From NCBI GenBank assembly GCA_051874735.1, contig JBJEGD010000031.1, positions 34,681 through 98,680 on the forward strand: 64,000 nucleotides of DNA, in the 5' to 3' direction. The notes beneath the pieces are model-generated. The model worked only from the letters and a program-made list of their open reading frames with translations, was not told the origin of the DNA and ran no database searches. Below, piece by piece: positions 38,469 to 47,223 of this stretch. Position 1 is the stretch's first letter; the number at the start of each line of letters is the position of its first letter. A program made the position numbers and the translations under genes. The DNA is from Candidatus Bruticola sp. GTDB taxonomy: Bacteria; Vulcanimicrobiota; Xenobia; Xenobiales; Xenobiaceae.

Positions 38469-38620
38469 AGTATCGTTTTTATATTCAGTTATAGTTGAGT
38501 TAAAATTTAAATTTTTGTTCCAGATAACTGGACAGAAAGAAAACCCTGCCAAGTTCTTTCTGCTGAGAAAAAAACGAGACAGGGCTCTACTAATTCAGTT
38601 CATTAGCTAAAGAGTAATAT

Positions 38621-39760
38621 TTAGTCTTGTTTTGCACCGCAGTTGGGGCAGAACTTGGCTCCAGGAGCTAACTCAGTACCGCAAGAGCAGACTTTCTTAT
38701 CTGGAGCTACTTTTGTGCCGCATTCAGGGCAGAACTTACTTCCAGCAGGAACTGGAGCTTGGCAGCTGGGGCAGGGAATTGTACCCGGAGGAAGCATCTT
38801 TGTACCGCAGTTAGGACAGAATTTGCCGCCAGCATTTACAGGAGTGTGGCAGTTGGGGCAGGGTACCGAAGGAGCTTGCTGAGCTGGATTGGCTTGCATT
38901 CCGCCTTGCATTCCGCTTTGCATAGCTTGCTGCATAATTTGAGGCATCATCATGCCCATACCCATACCCATGCCGGCGCCCATGCCGCCGCCAACCATGC
39001 CCTGGTTATTGGCCATATCACCCAGCGCATCGGCCGCCTTAAGCTGCATATAGTTTTGTACACCCAAAGCGCCCATAGTAGCACGTTTGCGGAAAGCTGC
39101 CTGAATCTCTTCTGGTACGGAAACATCTTGAATGAAGAAGTCGCGCAAAGACACACCGTACTTGCCAAAGTCGTCCTTGACTTTAACTTTCATTGCCGCC
39201 ACTAATTCATCTAAGTTGCTTCGGATGCTGGCGTATGACTGGAAAGTTGTGCTCAAAAGGTCATTGAGACGGGTGCGTATACTGCCCTTGAGGGTAGTGT
39301 TGAGATCTTTAGTTGTATAGGTCGCCCGGGTACCTACCAAAGTATTTACGAAGAGCTGAGGATCTTCGATTCGAATCGACATAGTGCCGAAGGCGCGCAA
39401 CTGTACCCATCCTAAGTCTGGATCTTTGAGATCGATAGGATTGGGAGTTCCCCACTTAAGGTCGGTGATAACTTGCTGATTAACGAAGTAAACTTCAGCA
39501 GCAAATACGTTCTTTCCGCCGCTAGTGAAACGATTTAAAAACTCGGTGAGAATTGGGATATTGGCGGTAGAGAGTGTGTGACGTCCGGCTTTAAAAGTAT
39601 CCATGGCCTGGCCGTCGCGATAGAAAATAGCTGACTGGCTTTCACGTACAATGAGCTGAGCGCCCATTCTAATGTCAGCTGGACCATCTTCAGGGACTCT
39701 GCCTACTAACGCAGTCGGATCAGTGGGACGCCAATCGATAACATCTAAATATCTAGCCAT
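38621..39760 (-). CDS. SPFH (Band 7) domain protein with C-terminal zinc ribbons (YdjI-like)
   Basis: QLIVRESQ, GRHTLST.NIP, AEVYFVN, KWGT; Gly/Met-rich linker; repeated CPxC...KFCPxCG. Confidence 0.9.
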   Translation of the reverse strand: MARYLDVIDWRPTDPTALVGRVPEDGPADIRMGAQLIVRESQSAIFYRDGQAMDTFKAGRHTLSTANIPILTEFLNRFTSGGKNVFAAEVYFVNQQVITDLKWGTPNPIDLKDPDLGWVQLRAFGTMSIRIEDPQLFVNTLVGTRATYTTKDLNTTLKGSIRTRLNDLLSTTFQSYASIRSNLDELVAAMKVKVKDDFGKYGVSLRDFFIQDVSVPEEIQAAFRKRATMGALGVQNYMQLKAADALGDMANNQGMVGGGMGAGMGMGMGMMMPQIMQQAMQSGMQGGMQANPAQQAPSVPCPNCHTPVNAGGKFCPNCGTKMLPPGTIPCPSCQAPVPAGSKFCPECGTKVAPDKKVCSCGTELAPGAKFCPNCGAKQD

Positions 39761-39770
39761 ATTTTAAGCC

Positions 39771-40286
39771 TTACTTAATCCCTTTCAAAATAAGTTCGCG
39801 CTCATTAAGAGCATTGTCAAAACTGTTAATGCATTTGGTTAAAGATTTGAGGGCTAACTTAGGATCGTTACCTTCGTCAGCTGCACTTTGTATACTCATA
39901 AGCGCTTCTTCTGCATTGCTGATTATATTGACCAATGAAAGATCGTAATCGTAAATGTGGCTCAACTCTTCTTCGTTTATTTTTACAGCGTCAAAGAAAC
40001 CAGCATAACCGCGATTGGCGTAACGCACGCGTTCGATCACGCGATCGAGTTTGTTAGCGACTTTATCGAAAGGTTCCATTACAGAGAGATTGCCGGATCC
40101 TAGAAACTCTTCCTGAGCAGATTGCATGTTGGATTTGAGTTCAGTCAGTCTTTTAGCCATGTACTCTCTATGAGCGGCGTCGCTTTCGCGTCTGGCAGCT
40201 CTTTCCTGCATACCAGTATATCCAGGAATTTTATGCATAAGGTCGTCAATTTTTTGGGAAATGTTTTCGAGGTTTAATTTATCCAC
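39771..40286 (-). CDS. Conserved hypothetical helical protein, co-transcribed with the SPFH gene
   Basis: AGGAGG SD before GTG; IPGY...RRESD and GYAGFFDAVKI motifs; 10-bp gap to the SPFH gene. Confidence 0.8.
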   Translation of the reverse strand: MDKLNLENISQKIDDLMHKIPGYTGMQERAARRESDAAHREYMAKRLTELKSNMQSAQEEFLGSGNLSVMEPFDKVANKLDRVIERVRYANRGYAGFFDAVKINEEELSHIYDYDLSLVNIISNAEEALMSIQSAADEGNDPKLALKSLTKCINSFDNALNERELILKGIK

Positions 40287-40357
40287 TTAAGGCCTCCTTG
40301 CTGGCAAGATCCGAAGAACCTCTAATGCAACCAATTAAGCTGCAACATATCCTCAAA

Positions 40358-40385
40358 TTTCGTTAGTATACTGTTAGCTTCCTTT
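40358..40385 (-). promoter_or_regulatory. Sigma-H-like promoter of the SPFH operon
   Basis: AAAGGA-N18-GAAA. Confidence 0.4.
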
Positions 40386-40591
40386 TTAAGTTGTTTATTT
40401 TCGTTATCTATTTGCATGCGTCTGGATAGTAAAATTTAAGTTATTTTTAGTACAAGTAAAAGACAGTTACATAAGTGAGATGTTTAAAATTTCATAAAGA
40501 CTACTGGTTTTTTGGATAGTTACCTTATTTCATAAACTAAACTTATGATGTCTGCTAAGTTAGCCTATATATATGTTGACGGTGTATAGGA

Positions 40592-41119
40592 TTATTTCAA
40601 GCTCAATCGTTGTAAAATTCTGTTTTCGCGGCGGCGTCTGCCGGTAAGCATAGTCGTCCAGTGATCATCTCCTAATGGTTTTACTAAAATTGTAAACAGC
40701 CCCAGCTTCTTGCCTCCAGCTATGTCTGTAAAAATTTGGTCCCCTATGACAGCAGTATTTTCCGGCTGAGAATTCATCATCTGCATAGCTGATAAAAAAG
40801 GCTTAGCTCCTGGCTTTCTTTCCCAGAAACGTGCCGCAAAGTAATGCTCGGTGCCTATCTGCTGTGCAATAAGACGAACTCTCTCCTCACGAGCTCGCCC
40901 CCAAATAATGTTAGAAACAATGCAGATTTTTTCGATATATCCCTGCCGTTTAGCTTCAGCAAGAGCGTCTGCTGCTTGCCTATCTATAACGGAGGAACTG
41001 CGCAGAGCTAGAGTGTTGTCTACATCGAGACATATATTTACTTTCTTCAGACTGGCCAGCTTGGCAAACGGAATGTCAGATATTTTACTGCAGTAAAGAT
41101 CGGGAATATACCTGTGCAC
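40592..41119 (-). CDS. YqeG-family HAD IIIA phosphatase
   Basis: LDVDNTL, IVSN, KP, IGDQIFTDIAGG. Confidence 0.9.
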   Translation of the reverse strand: MHRYIPDLYCSKISDIPFAKLASLKKVNICLDVDNTLALRSSSVIDRQAADALAEAKRQGYIEKICIVSNIIWGRAREERVRLIAQQIGTEHYFAARFWERKPGAKPFLSAMQMMNSQPENTAVIGDQIFTDIAGGKKLGLFTILVKPLGDDHWTTMLTGRRRRENRILQRLSLK

Positions 41120-41130
41120 AATAATTGCCT

Positions 41131-41655
41131 CTAATCTAAAGTTATTATTTCGCAGTTGCGCTTTTCCGTATCATAAAGCACCATGGTAGATTTGCCTGTA
41201 AGATAGCCGCAGCATTCTCCAGGATTGACCAAAGTACAATTTTTCCATTGTTTTATCTGCAATTTGTGAGTATGGCCGCAAATAAATAGTTCAGGATGAA
41301 GTTTGGGAGCGTTTGCAGGGGGGGAGGTAGCAGAAGGTAAATTTAGTTGCTCCTCAGTGAAGCTGAAGTGCTGCAGATGAACAAGAGTATCGCGCAGATA
41401 AAATGAAACTGGACCTTCCCAAAAATGGGCGCCCAGGAGAGCAAAACGCTTGCGCAGCCCCTCTCGTTCGCCGTCATTATTTCCCAATACTGCATGAATA
41501 GGTATTTTAGCTTCAGCTAGAGGATCTAAACTGAAAGGCGAGACAAAATCACCTGCATGTACAAGAGTGTCAGCCCCCCTGTGCAGGCTTACTTGCACCG
41601 CTTGGCGCAACTTGGTTAGGTTATCGTGACTATCGGATATTATAGCGATTTTCAT
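41131..41655 (-). CDS. YfcE/MJ0936-family metallophosphoesterase
   Basis: SDSHDN, HAGD, GNND, GHTH, NPGE. Confidence 0.92.
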   Translation of the reverse strand: MKIAIISDSHDNLTKLRQAVQVSLHRGADTLVHAGDFVSPFSLDPLAEAKIPIHAVLGNNDGEREGLRKRFALLGAHFWEGPVSFYLRDTLVHLQHFSFTEEQLNLPSATSPPANAPKLHPELFICGHTHKLQIKQWKNCTLVNPGECCGYLTGKSTMVLYDTEKRNCEIITLD

Positions 41656-42055
41656 GGTCTCTTTTAATTCTTCTCTGTTTTCATCGGAAAACTGCAGACA
41701 GCCATTAAGTAGAAAGTAGTCTGTCAATAAGGTAGCTAAGCCTAGTTTTCAGCTATCCGTTCGCAAGTACCGTCGTCCGTTATTCTGCAAGCTCAGTTAA
41801 ACTCCGTTTATTCTGGTAATTAGGCTGGTTGGAAATTGACAGTAAATTAGATTTATGCATTTTTTAGCAGGTGAGAAATACAATTTTGCAGTATTATCAA
41901 AAATAGCTAATTTACTGCAGCCGAACTTTAGACTTGAAACTTTTATAGCTTGATCCTAGCTTCGTTTTGGTTATCTCACATGTAGGCCTCTAAATAGGCC
42001 GCAGAGGATGGAGCTATTAGTTCCGGCGCTGCAGATCGACTGTTTTTGAGGTTTT

Positions 42056-42943
42056 ATGGCAGCTGAGCTACAGGGACGTTACAGACTTATAAGCAATTTA
42101 GGCCACGGCAATTTTGCTACGGTTTATTTAGCCAAGGATACAAAGGCTAATGGAGCATTGGTGGCGATAAAAGCCATTTGTACTGAGGGGTTCTCTCAGG
42201 TTGAATTCAAAGATTTGAATGTTCAATTCGAACTTGAGGCCAAAATTTTGATGTCCCTGTCTCATCCCGGACTTCCCAAGGTCATGGCCTATTTTAATCA
42301 AGGTGTCTATTTCTATATAGTAATGGAATGGATAGCCGGCAAGACTATGCATCAGGAAGTGCTTGAATCTGACGGTATTACGCAAGATCAAGTTTTGAAC
42401 TGGGGAATCCAGCTTTCCGACGTCTTAGGCTATCTGCACTCTCGCAAACCGTATCCCATTCTTTTGGGCGATCTTAAGCCATCTAACGTCATGCTAACTT
42501 ACAATGGCGATTTGAAGGTCATCGATTTTGGTGTAGCGCGTTATTTTGCTCCTAGTAGAAGCCCTCGTACCTTTACTATGCTAAGTCCTGGTTTTGCGCC
42601 TCCTGAAAAATATAACCGTTTTGATTGCGATTTGCGAGGCGATATTTATTCTTTGGGGGCTACGCTTTACTGGTGCTTGACTCAGGCTAATCTCGATAAG
42701 TTTAACTTTAATATCCCTCCTCTGCGCAAACTGAAGCCTGACGCCAATCACTGGTTGGAATCAGTTTTAATTAAGTGTATGGAGTATGCTCCTGAAAGAA
42801 GGTACAGTTCGGTCACTCAGGTGCGCGATGAACTGGTGTCGGTACGCAAAGAGCTACAGGGACGTGAAGAGAGAGCTACAGAAAAGAGTTCCAATATTTT
42901 AGAAAAGCTGTATAGGCAGAAATACGGTGACCATCACTCCTAA
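42056..42943 (+). CDS. Cytoplasmic Hanks-type Ser/Thr protein kinase
   Basis: LGHGNFATV, VAIK, DLKPSN, DFG, APPE, DIYSLG; no TM segment. Confidence 0.92.
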   Translation: MAAELQGRYRLISNLGHGNFATVYLAKDTKANGALVAIKAICTEGFSQVEFKDLNVQFELEAKILMSLSHPGLPKVMAYFNQGVYFYIVMEWIAGKTMHQEVLESDGITQDQVLNWGIQLSDVLGYLHSRKPYPILLGDLKPSNVMLTYNGDLKVIDFGVARYFAPSRSPRTFTMLSPGFAPPEKYNRFDCDLRGDIYSLGATLYWCLTQANLDKFNFNIPPLRKLKPDANHWLESVLIKCMEYAPERRYSSVTQVRDELVSVRKELQGREERATEKSSNILEKLYRQKYGDHHS

Positions 42944-43077
42944 TGGGTACGTTCCGGCCAGATTTTCTACAGGAAAGCTTCTCACTTCGCTTAGCGTTGA
43001 GAGAAGCTCTTTTCTTGTGAAATCTGAACTATTTAGGGCTAATTGAAGAATAATAAATGTGAAGCGGGGCGTAAAGA

Positions 43078-43566
43078 ATGAACAGTAGTGAAAATAGTTT
43101 AAGGGTGATGACAAATAGCAGCACGGAAACGGAACAGTGGGGAGAGCGTTTGTCCGCTCTGTTGCGTCCAGCTGATGTTATTGCGTTTTATGGCGATTTA
43201 GGAGCGGGCAAGACTACTTTTGTGCGAGGTCTGGCCAGGGCAGCTGGAGCGACTGAGTGTGTGTCAAGTCCTACTTTTGTTTTGATGCATATTTATGAAG
43301 GTCGTTTTCCTGTTTACCATTTTGATGCCTATCGCTTGCAAAATAGTCAGGAGCTTTTAAATATTGGCGCTGAAGAGTACATAGGCACAGACGGTGTAGC
43401 CTGCATCGAATGGTCAGAACGCACCGAAGAGCTGCTTCCTGATGATTGTCTGCGTATAAAAATTTATTATCGTACCGATCTGGGGCCTGAAGGACGGGAA
43501 TTAGTCTTTGAGTCTAACAGCGGACGAGGTAAAGAAATAGTTGAGGCTTTGAAACGTGATTCCTAA
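43078..43566 (+). CDS. tsaE: t6A biosynthesis ATPase TsaE
   Basis: GDLGAGKT, SPTF, HFDAYRL, IEW. Confidence 0.95.
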   Translation: MNSSENSLRVMTNSSTETEQWGERLSALLRPADVIAFYGDLGAGKTTFVRGLARAAGATECVSSPTFVLMHIYEGRFPVYHFDAYRLQNSQELLNIGAEEYIGTDGVACIEWSERTEELLPDDCLRIKIYYRTDLGPEGRELVFESNSGRGKEIVEALKRDS

Positions 43567-44257
43567 AAAAATTGATTACAATAAATCTTTGATTATTGGC
43601 ATAGATTGCTCTGGTGAAAGTTTTAGTACGGCTGTAGTAAAAGACGGACAGTGTCTGGCGGAGCGCGGCGGTTTTAGTCCGCGTTCTCATCTGTGTCGAC
43701 TTTTTCCCTCGATTAAAGGCGCCTTAGAGGAAATTGGTGCTGGGTTTAGCGACGTCTCCGCTGTAGCTGTTACCGTAGGTCCAGGTTCTTTTACTGGTTT
43801 GCGTTTGGGAATAGTCACCGCTAGAACTATTGCTCAAACTACAGGCTGTGCATTAGTTGGCATCAACACGTTAGAAGCACTGGCTGCTGCCCATCCCGGT
43901 TGCCCTTGTCTTTTAGCCGGTTTGGATGCTCGCCGTGGAGAGGTCTTTGCGTCTTTTTTTGATACCTCCGATGGAAATATGCGTCGCCTTTGCAGCGATA
44001 AAGCTTATAGCCCCCAGGAACTGGCTGAAGAAGCCAGCCGTCTAGGATGTCGATTGGCGGTAGGCAGTGGTGCGCTGCGCTATCATGATATTTTAGTTAA
44101 AACCTCATCTTTAGTTATAACTAAGCCTCTTGATACTCAAGTGCGGGGAGCCTGGGTGGCCTCTTTAGGAGAAACTGCTTTTAAATCTGGTCATCGTCAG
44201 GGAGTGTTTGAGTTAGCTCCTGTCTATCTCAGGGCCGCTGAAGTTCAGTTAGGTTAG
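43556..44257 (+). CDS. tsaB: t6A biosynthesis protein TsaB
   Basis: GPGSFTGLRLG, DARRGEVF, PVYLR. Confidence 0.95.
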   Translation: MIPKKIDYNKSLIIGIDCSGESFSTAVVKDGQCLAERGGFSPRSHLCRLFPSIKGALEEIGAGFSDVSAVAVTVGPGSFTGLRLGIVTARTIAQTTGCALVGINTLEALAAAHPGCPCLLAGLDARRGEVFASFFDTSDGNMRRLCSDKAYSPQELAEEASRLGCRLAVGSGALRYHDILVKTSSLVITKPLDTQVRGAWVASLGETAFKSGHRQGVFELAPVYLRAAEVQLG

Positions 44258-44266
44258 TACTAGTTT

Positions 44267-44815
44267 ATGGGTAATCCTAAAATAGAGATTCGTCCGTTTA
44301 CTAAAGAGTTTCTAGATAAAGCAGCCGATTTAGAGTTGCATGTTTACGGTCCCAAAGAATCTTGGCCTAAAGATTCTTTTGCTTCCGATATAGAACGCAG
44401 TTATGCTCGCTATTTTGTGCTTTTAGCTGATGGCGATTTGGTTGGTTATGCCGGATCTTGGAACTTACTGGGGGAGTTAGAAGTAAGTACAGTAACTGTT
44501 GATCCCCATTGGCAGGGGCGGGGGCTAGGGAGATACTTGTTCGCCAATTTAATTGCGTGCGGTTTAGCTGAGGGAATAGAAGCAGCAACTTTGGAGGTTC
44601 GCTTCAACAACGAACCGGCACTTGCTATTTACCAACGTTTTGGTTTCAAAAGTGTAGGAATACGTAAAAAATACTACGAGAATCGTTACGATGCTATTAT
44701 TATGCGGGTTGACAATATGCAGGATCCTGCGTATGTCCGGCAGGTTCAGAAGCTAGCCGGCCGCTTAAATTTGAAAGGATTAGATGAAAAATATGAGCAG
44801 CCGCAGCAGAGCTAA
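44267..44815 (+). CDS. rimI: Ribosomal protein S18 alanine N-acetyltransferase
   Basis: QGRGLG, LEVR..N..A...Y...GF...G.RK.YY; located between tsaB and tsaD. Confidence 0.9.
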   Translation: MGNPKIEIRPFTKEFLDKAADLELHVYGPKESWPKDSFASDIERSYARYFVLLADGDLVGYAGSWNLLGELEVSTVTVDPHWQGRGLGRYLFANLIACGLAEGIEAATLEVRFNNEPALAIYQRFGFKSVGIRKKYYENRYDAIIMRVDNMQDPAYVRQVQKLAGRLNLKGLDEKYEQPQQS

Positions 44816-45833
44816 CTATATAAAGTGTGATCCATTTTACCCTAAATATATTTTGGGTTTAGAGTCTTCTTGTGATGAAACTTCAGCCGCTATTTTAGGC
44901 GATGGCAGGCAAATTCTAGCCAATTTAGTATCGACGCAGATCCCCTTACACGCCAAATACGGAGGCGTAGTGCCGGAAGTAGCTTGCCGAGCTCACATGG
45001 AAGTTATTAATGCCATGATTGACGAGGCCTTAGCTGCCGCCAATCTGAAGTTAGCCGATTTAGAAGCAGTAGCTGTAACTTGCGGCCCAGGTTTAGTAGG
45101 AGCAGTACTGCTGGGAGTGGCAGCAGCTAAAACTTTAGCCGGTTGTTTGGATATACCTTTGATAGGCGTCAACCATATGGAGGGACACGTTTTTTCTGCC
45201 TTATTGGAAAAATCTGATATAGAACTTCCTCTAATTTGTCTTTTGGTGTCAGGCGGACACACTATGTTGGTAAAAGTTGACGGACCAGGTTTATATGAAG
45301 TCTTGGGGTCTACGCGAGACGATGCCGCCGGGGAAGCTTTTGATAAGGTCTCTAAAGCTTTAGGGATGGGATATCCCGGCGGCCCGAAAATTCAGGAAAA
45401 AGCCCTGCAGGGTAACAAAGAGGCTATTCCGTTTGCCAGGCCTATGATCAATCAGGGGTATGAGTTTTCCTTCTCCGGTTTAAAAACAGCCGTTTTGCTC
45501 CATTTGCAATCTGATGAGCGTGGCAGTGATGCTGATATTTGCGCTTCTTTTCAGGAAGCTGTAGTCGATGTTTTAAGTACGAAGGCTTTTAGAGCTGTGC
45601 GCCGTTGTCAGGCTAAGTCTTTAGCCTTAGCTGGAGGTGTAGCTGCTAATAAGGCGCTACGTGAAAGATTAGCTGCTGGTGCTTCGCGTTTAGGAATAGA
45701 TTTTGTCTGCCCTAAACTCGATTTATGTACGGATAATGCTGTGATGATTGCCCGAGCTGGTTGGGAGTTGGCTTCTCAAGGTTGGCGTTCACCGCTGACT
45801 CTTGATGCGAAACCTAATCTCGATTTAGTTTAG
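44784..45833 (+). CDS. tsaD: t6A transferase TsaD
   Basis: ESSCDETS, GGVVPE, NHMEGH, SGGHT, DDAAGEAFDK, TDNA. Confidence 0.97.
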   Translation: MKNMSSRSRANYIKCDPFYPKYILGLESSCDETSAAILGDGRQILANLVSTQIPLHAKYGGVVPEVACRAHMEVINAMIDEALAAANLKLADLEAVAVTCGPGLVGAVLLGVAAAKTLAGCLDIPLIGVNHMEGHVFSALLEKSDIELPLICLLVSGGHTMLVKVDGPGLYEVLGSTRDDAAGEAFDKVSKALGMGYPGGPKIQEKALQGNKEAIPFARPMINQGYEFSFSGLKTAVLLHLQSDERGSDADICASFQEAVVDVLSTKAFRAVRRCQAKSLALAGGVAANKALRERLAAGASRLGIDFVCPKLDLCTDNAVMIARAGWELASQGWRSPLTLDAKPNLDLV

Positions 45834-45944
45834 CCGTCGATTTATTATTGTTGATAGTAAAACTTAGCCTGTGTTCTTTGAACTTTGTAAAGGAACGCCT
45901 GATTATGCTGCGGCGGTTTTTAGTGGTTTAAGATAGAGAAAAAT

Positions 45945-46919
45945 ATGAAATTGGGGTATTGTTTAAGTTCGGAACAGTTCGCACCGGCGCAGCTACTGGA
46001 ACAGGGGCAGATGGCCGAAAAGGCTGGTTTCTCAGGTTTAATGATTTCCGACCATTTACAGCCTTGGGTGCCTTCTCAGGGCCATTCAGGCCACGCTTTG
46101 ACTATTTTAGGTGCTTTGAGTCAGCTGACTAAGCTGCCCCTGTCTACGGGAGTTAGCTGCGCCGGAGCACGCTGCCATCCGATAATTTTAGCGCAAATAT
46201 CAGCCACCTTAGAATGTTTGGTCCCTGGACATTTCACTTTGGGGGTAGGTACTGGAGAAGCTCTTAATGAACATGTTTTCGGTACTTACTGGCCTGAACC
46301 TAAAGAGAGAGTTCAGCAGTTGCTTGAAGGAGTTAATATCATTAGGAAGCTATGGAGCGGTCAAGAGCTGCGCTTTAAGGGTGAGCATTTTAAAGTGGAA
46401 AGTTTGCGCTTATACACTTTACCTCCGGTATCTCCAAAGTTGATGATCGCTTCTTCTGGCCCTTATTTGTGTTCTAAGGCGGCTTCCCTAGCTGATATAT
46501 GGCTAACAGTTTGGACTAATAAAGATAAATTGAGCCAGCTAATGGCTAAATTTAGGGATAACGGTGGCGCTGATAAAACGGCTCGTCTGCAGCTACACGT
46601 TAGTTGGGATACTTCCATGGATAAAGCTATTAAGGCTGCCCTGAAAGAATGGCCCAACGGAGGTTTAAACTTTCCTAAAGGCGATATACGTTTCCCAGAA
46701 GTGTTGGCAGAGATGGCCAAAATGGTGCGTCCAGAACACTTTGAGAACCGAGTTATTATAGCTGCCAGCGTTCAACCCATTTTAGAAGTTTTAAAAATTT
46801 GCGCTGAGCTTGGTTTCAATGAAGTGTATTTGCATAATTGCGGTCTCAATCAGGCCGAATTTATTGAAATGTGTCGAGTGGAATTATTGCCTGCTTGGCG
46901 TCGCCTCTCACAATCATAA
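45945..46919 (+). CDS. LLM-class F420-dependent oxidoreductase (Fgd/G6PDH-like family)
   Basis: LSSEQF.P, SDHLQPW and GVGTGEALNE match the Fgd-type motifs SDHFQPW and GTGEALNE. Confidence 0.8.
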   Translation: MKLGYCLSSEQFAPAQLLEQGQMAEKAGFSGLMISDHLQPWVPSQGHSGHALTILGALSQLTKLPLSTGVSCAGARCHPIILAQISATLECLVPGHFTLGVGTGEALNEHVFGTYWPEPKERVQQLLEGVNIIRKLWSGQELRFKGEHFKVESLRLYTLPPVSPKLMIASSGPYLCSKAASLADIWLTVWTNKDKLSQLMAKFRDNGGADKTARLQLHVSWDTSMDKAIKAALKEWPNGGLNFPKGDIRFPEVLAEMAKMVRPEHFENRVIIAASVQPILEVLKICAELGFNEVYLHNCGLNQAEFIEMCRVELLPAWRRLSQS

Positions 46920-47056
46920 AGGAGAAGGGTTCAAAAAAATAGTATCAAGCTGCTTAGCTTCCGTTTTGACTGTCAGCCTACTTTTTGACCTGTAAAATTT
47001 AAATATCAATAGCTGCTAGTTCTTCTAATGTATTTGCAAACTAGTTAGAGATAAAA

Positions 47057-47148
47057 TATAAAAGCCTACCATAATGGCAGGCTTTGTTTTTTTTGTAATA
47101 TAAGTATATGAGGTGAATGAATGACAACGAACAAGAGTACCGTTGCTC
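47057..47148 (-). ncRNA. Candidate sRNA of about 90 nt with an exposed anti-SD/anti-AUG segment
   Basis: Own TTGACA-N18-TACCAT promoter (47182-47153), 5' hairpin, UCAUUCAUUCACCUC segment, and terminator at 47085-47057. Confidence 0.5.
47061..47094. terminator. Bidirectional intrinsic terminator
   Basis: AAAGCCTACCA-TAA-TGGCAGGCTTT with T-rich tails on both strands. Confidence 0.75.
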
Positions 47149-47223
47149 AGGCATGGTAACTTAAATATACGACTAATGTCAAGATTAATAAGAGAAAAGT
47201 GGCAGTCTCTTAATAATTGTTTT

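Noticed and set aside
30879-38552. Integrative element or prophage at tRNA-Thr or tRNA-Tyr
   Set aside because: I saw no integrase, phage gene or duplicated tRNA 3' end.
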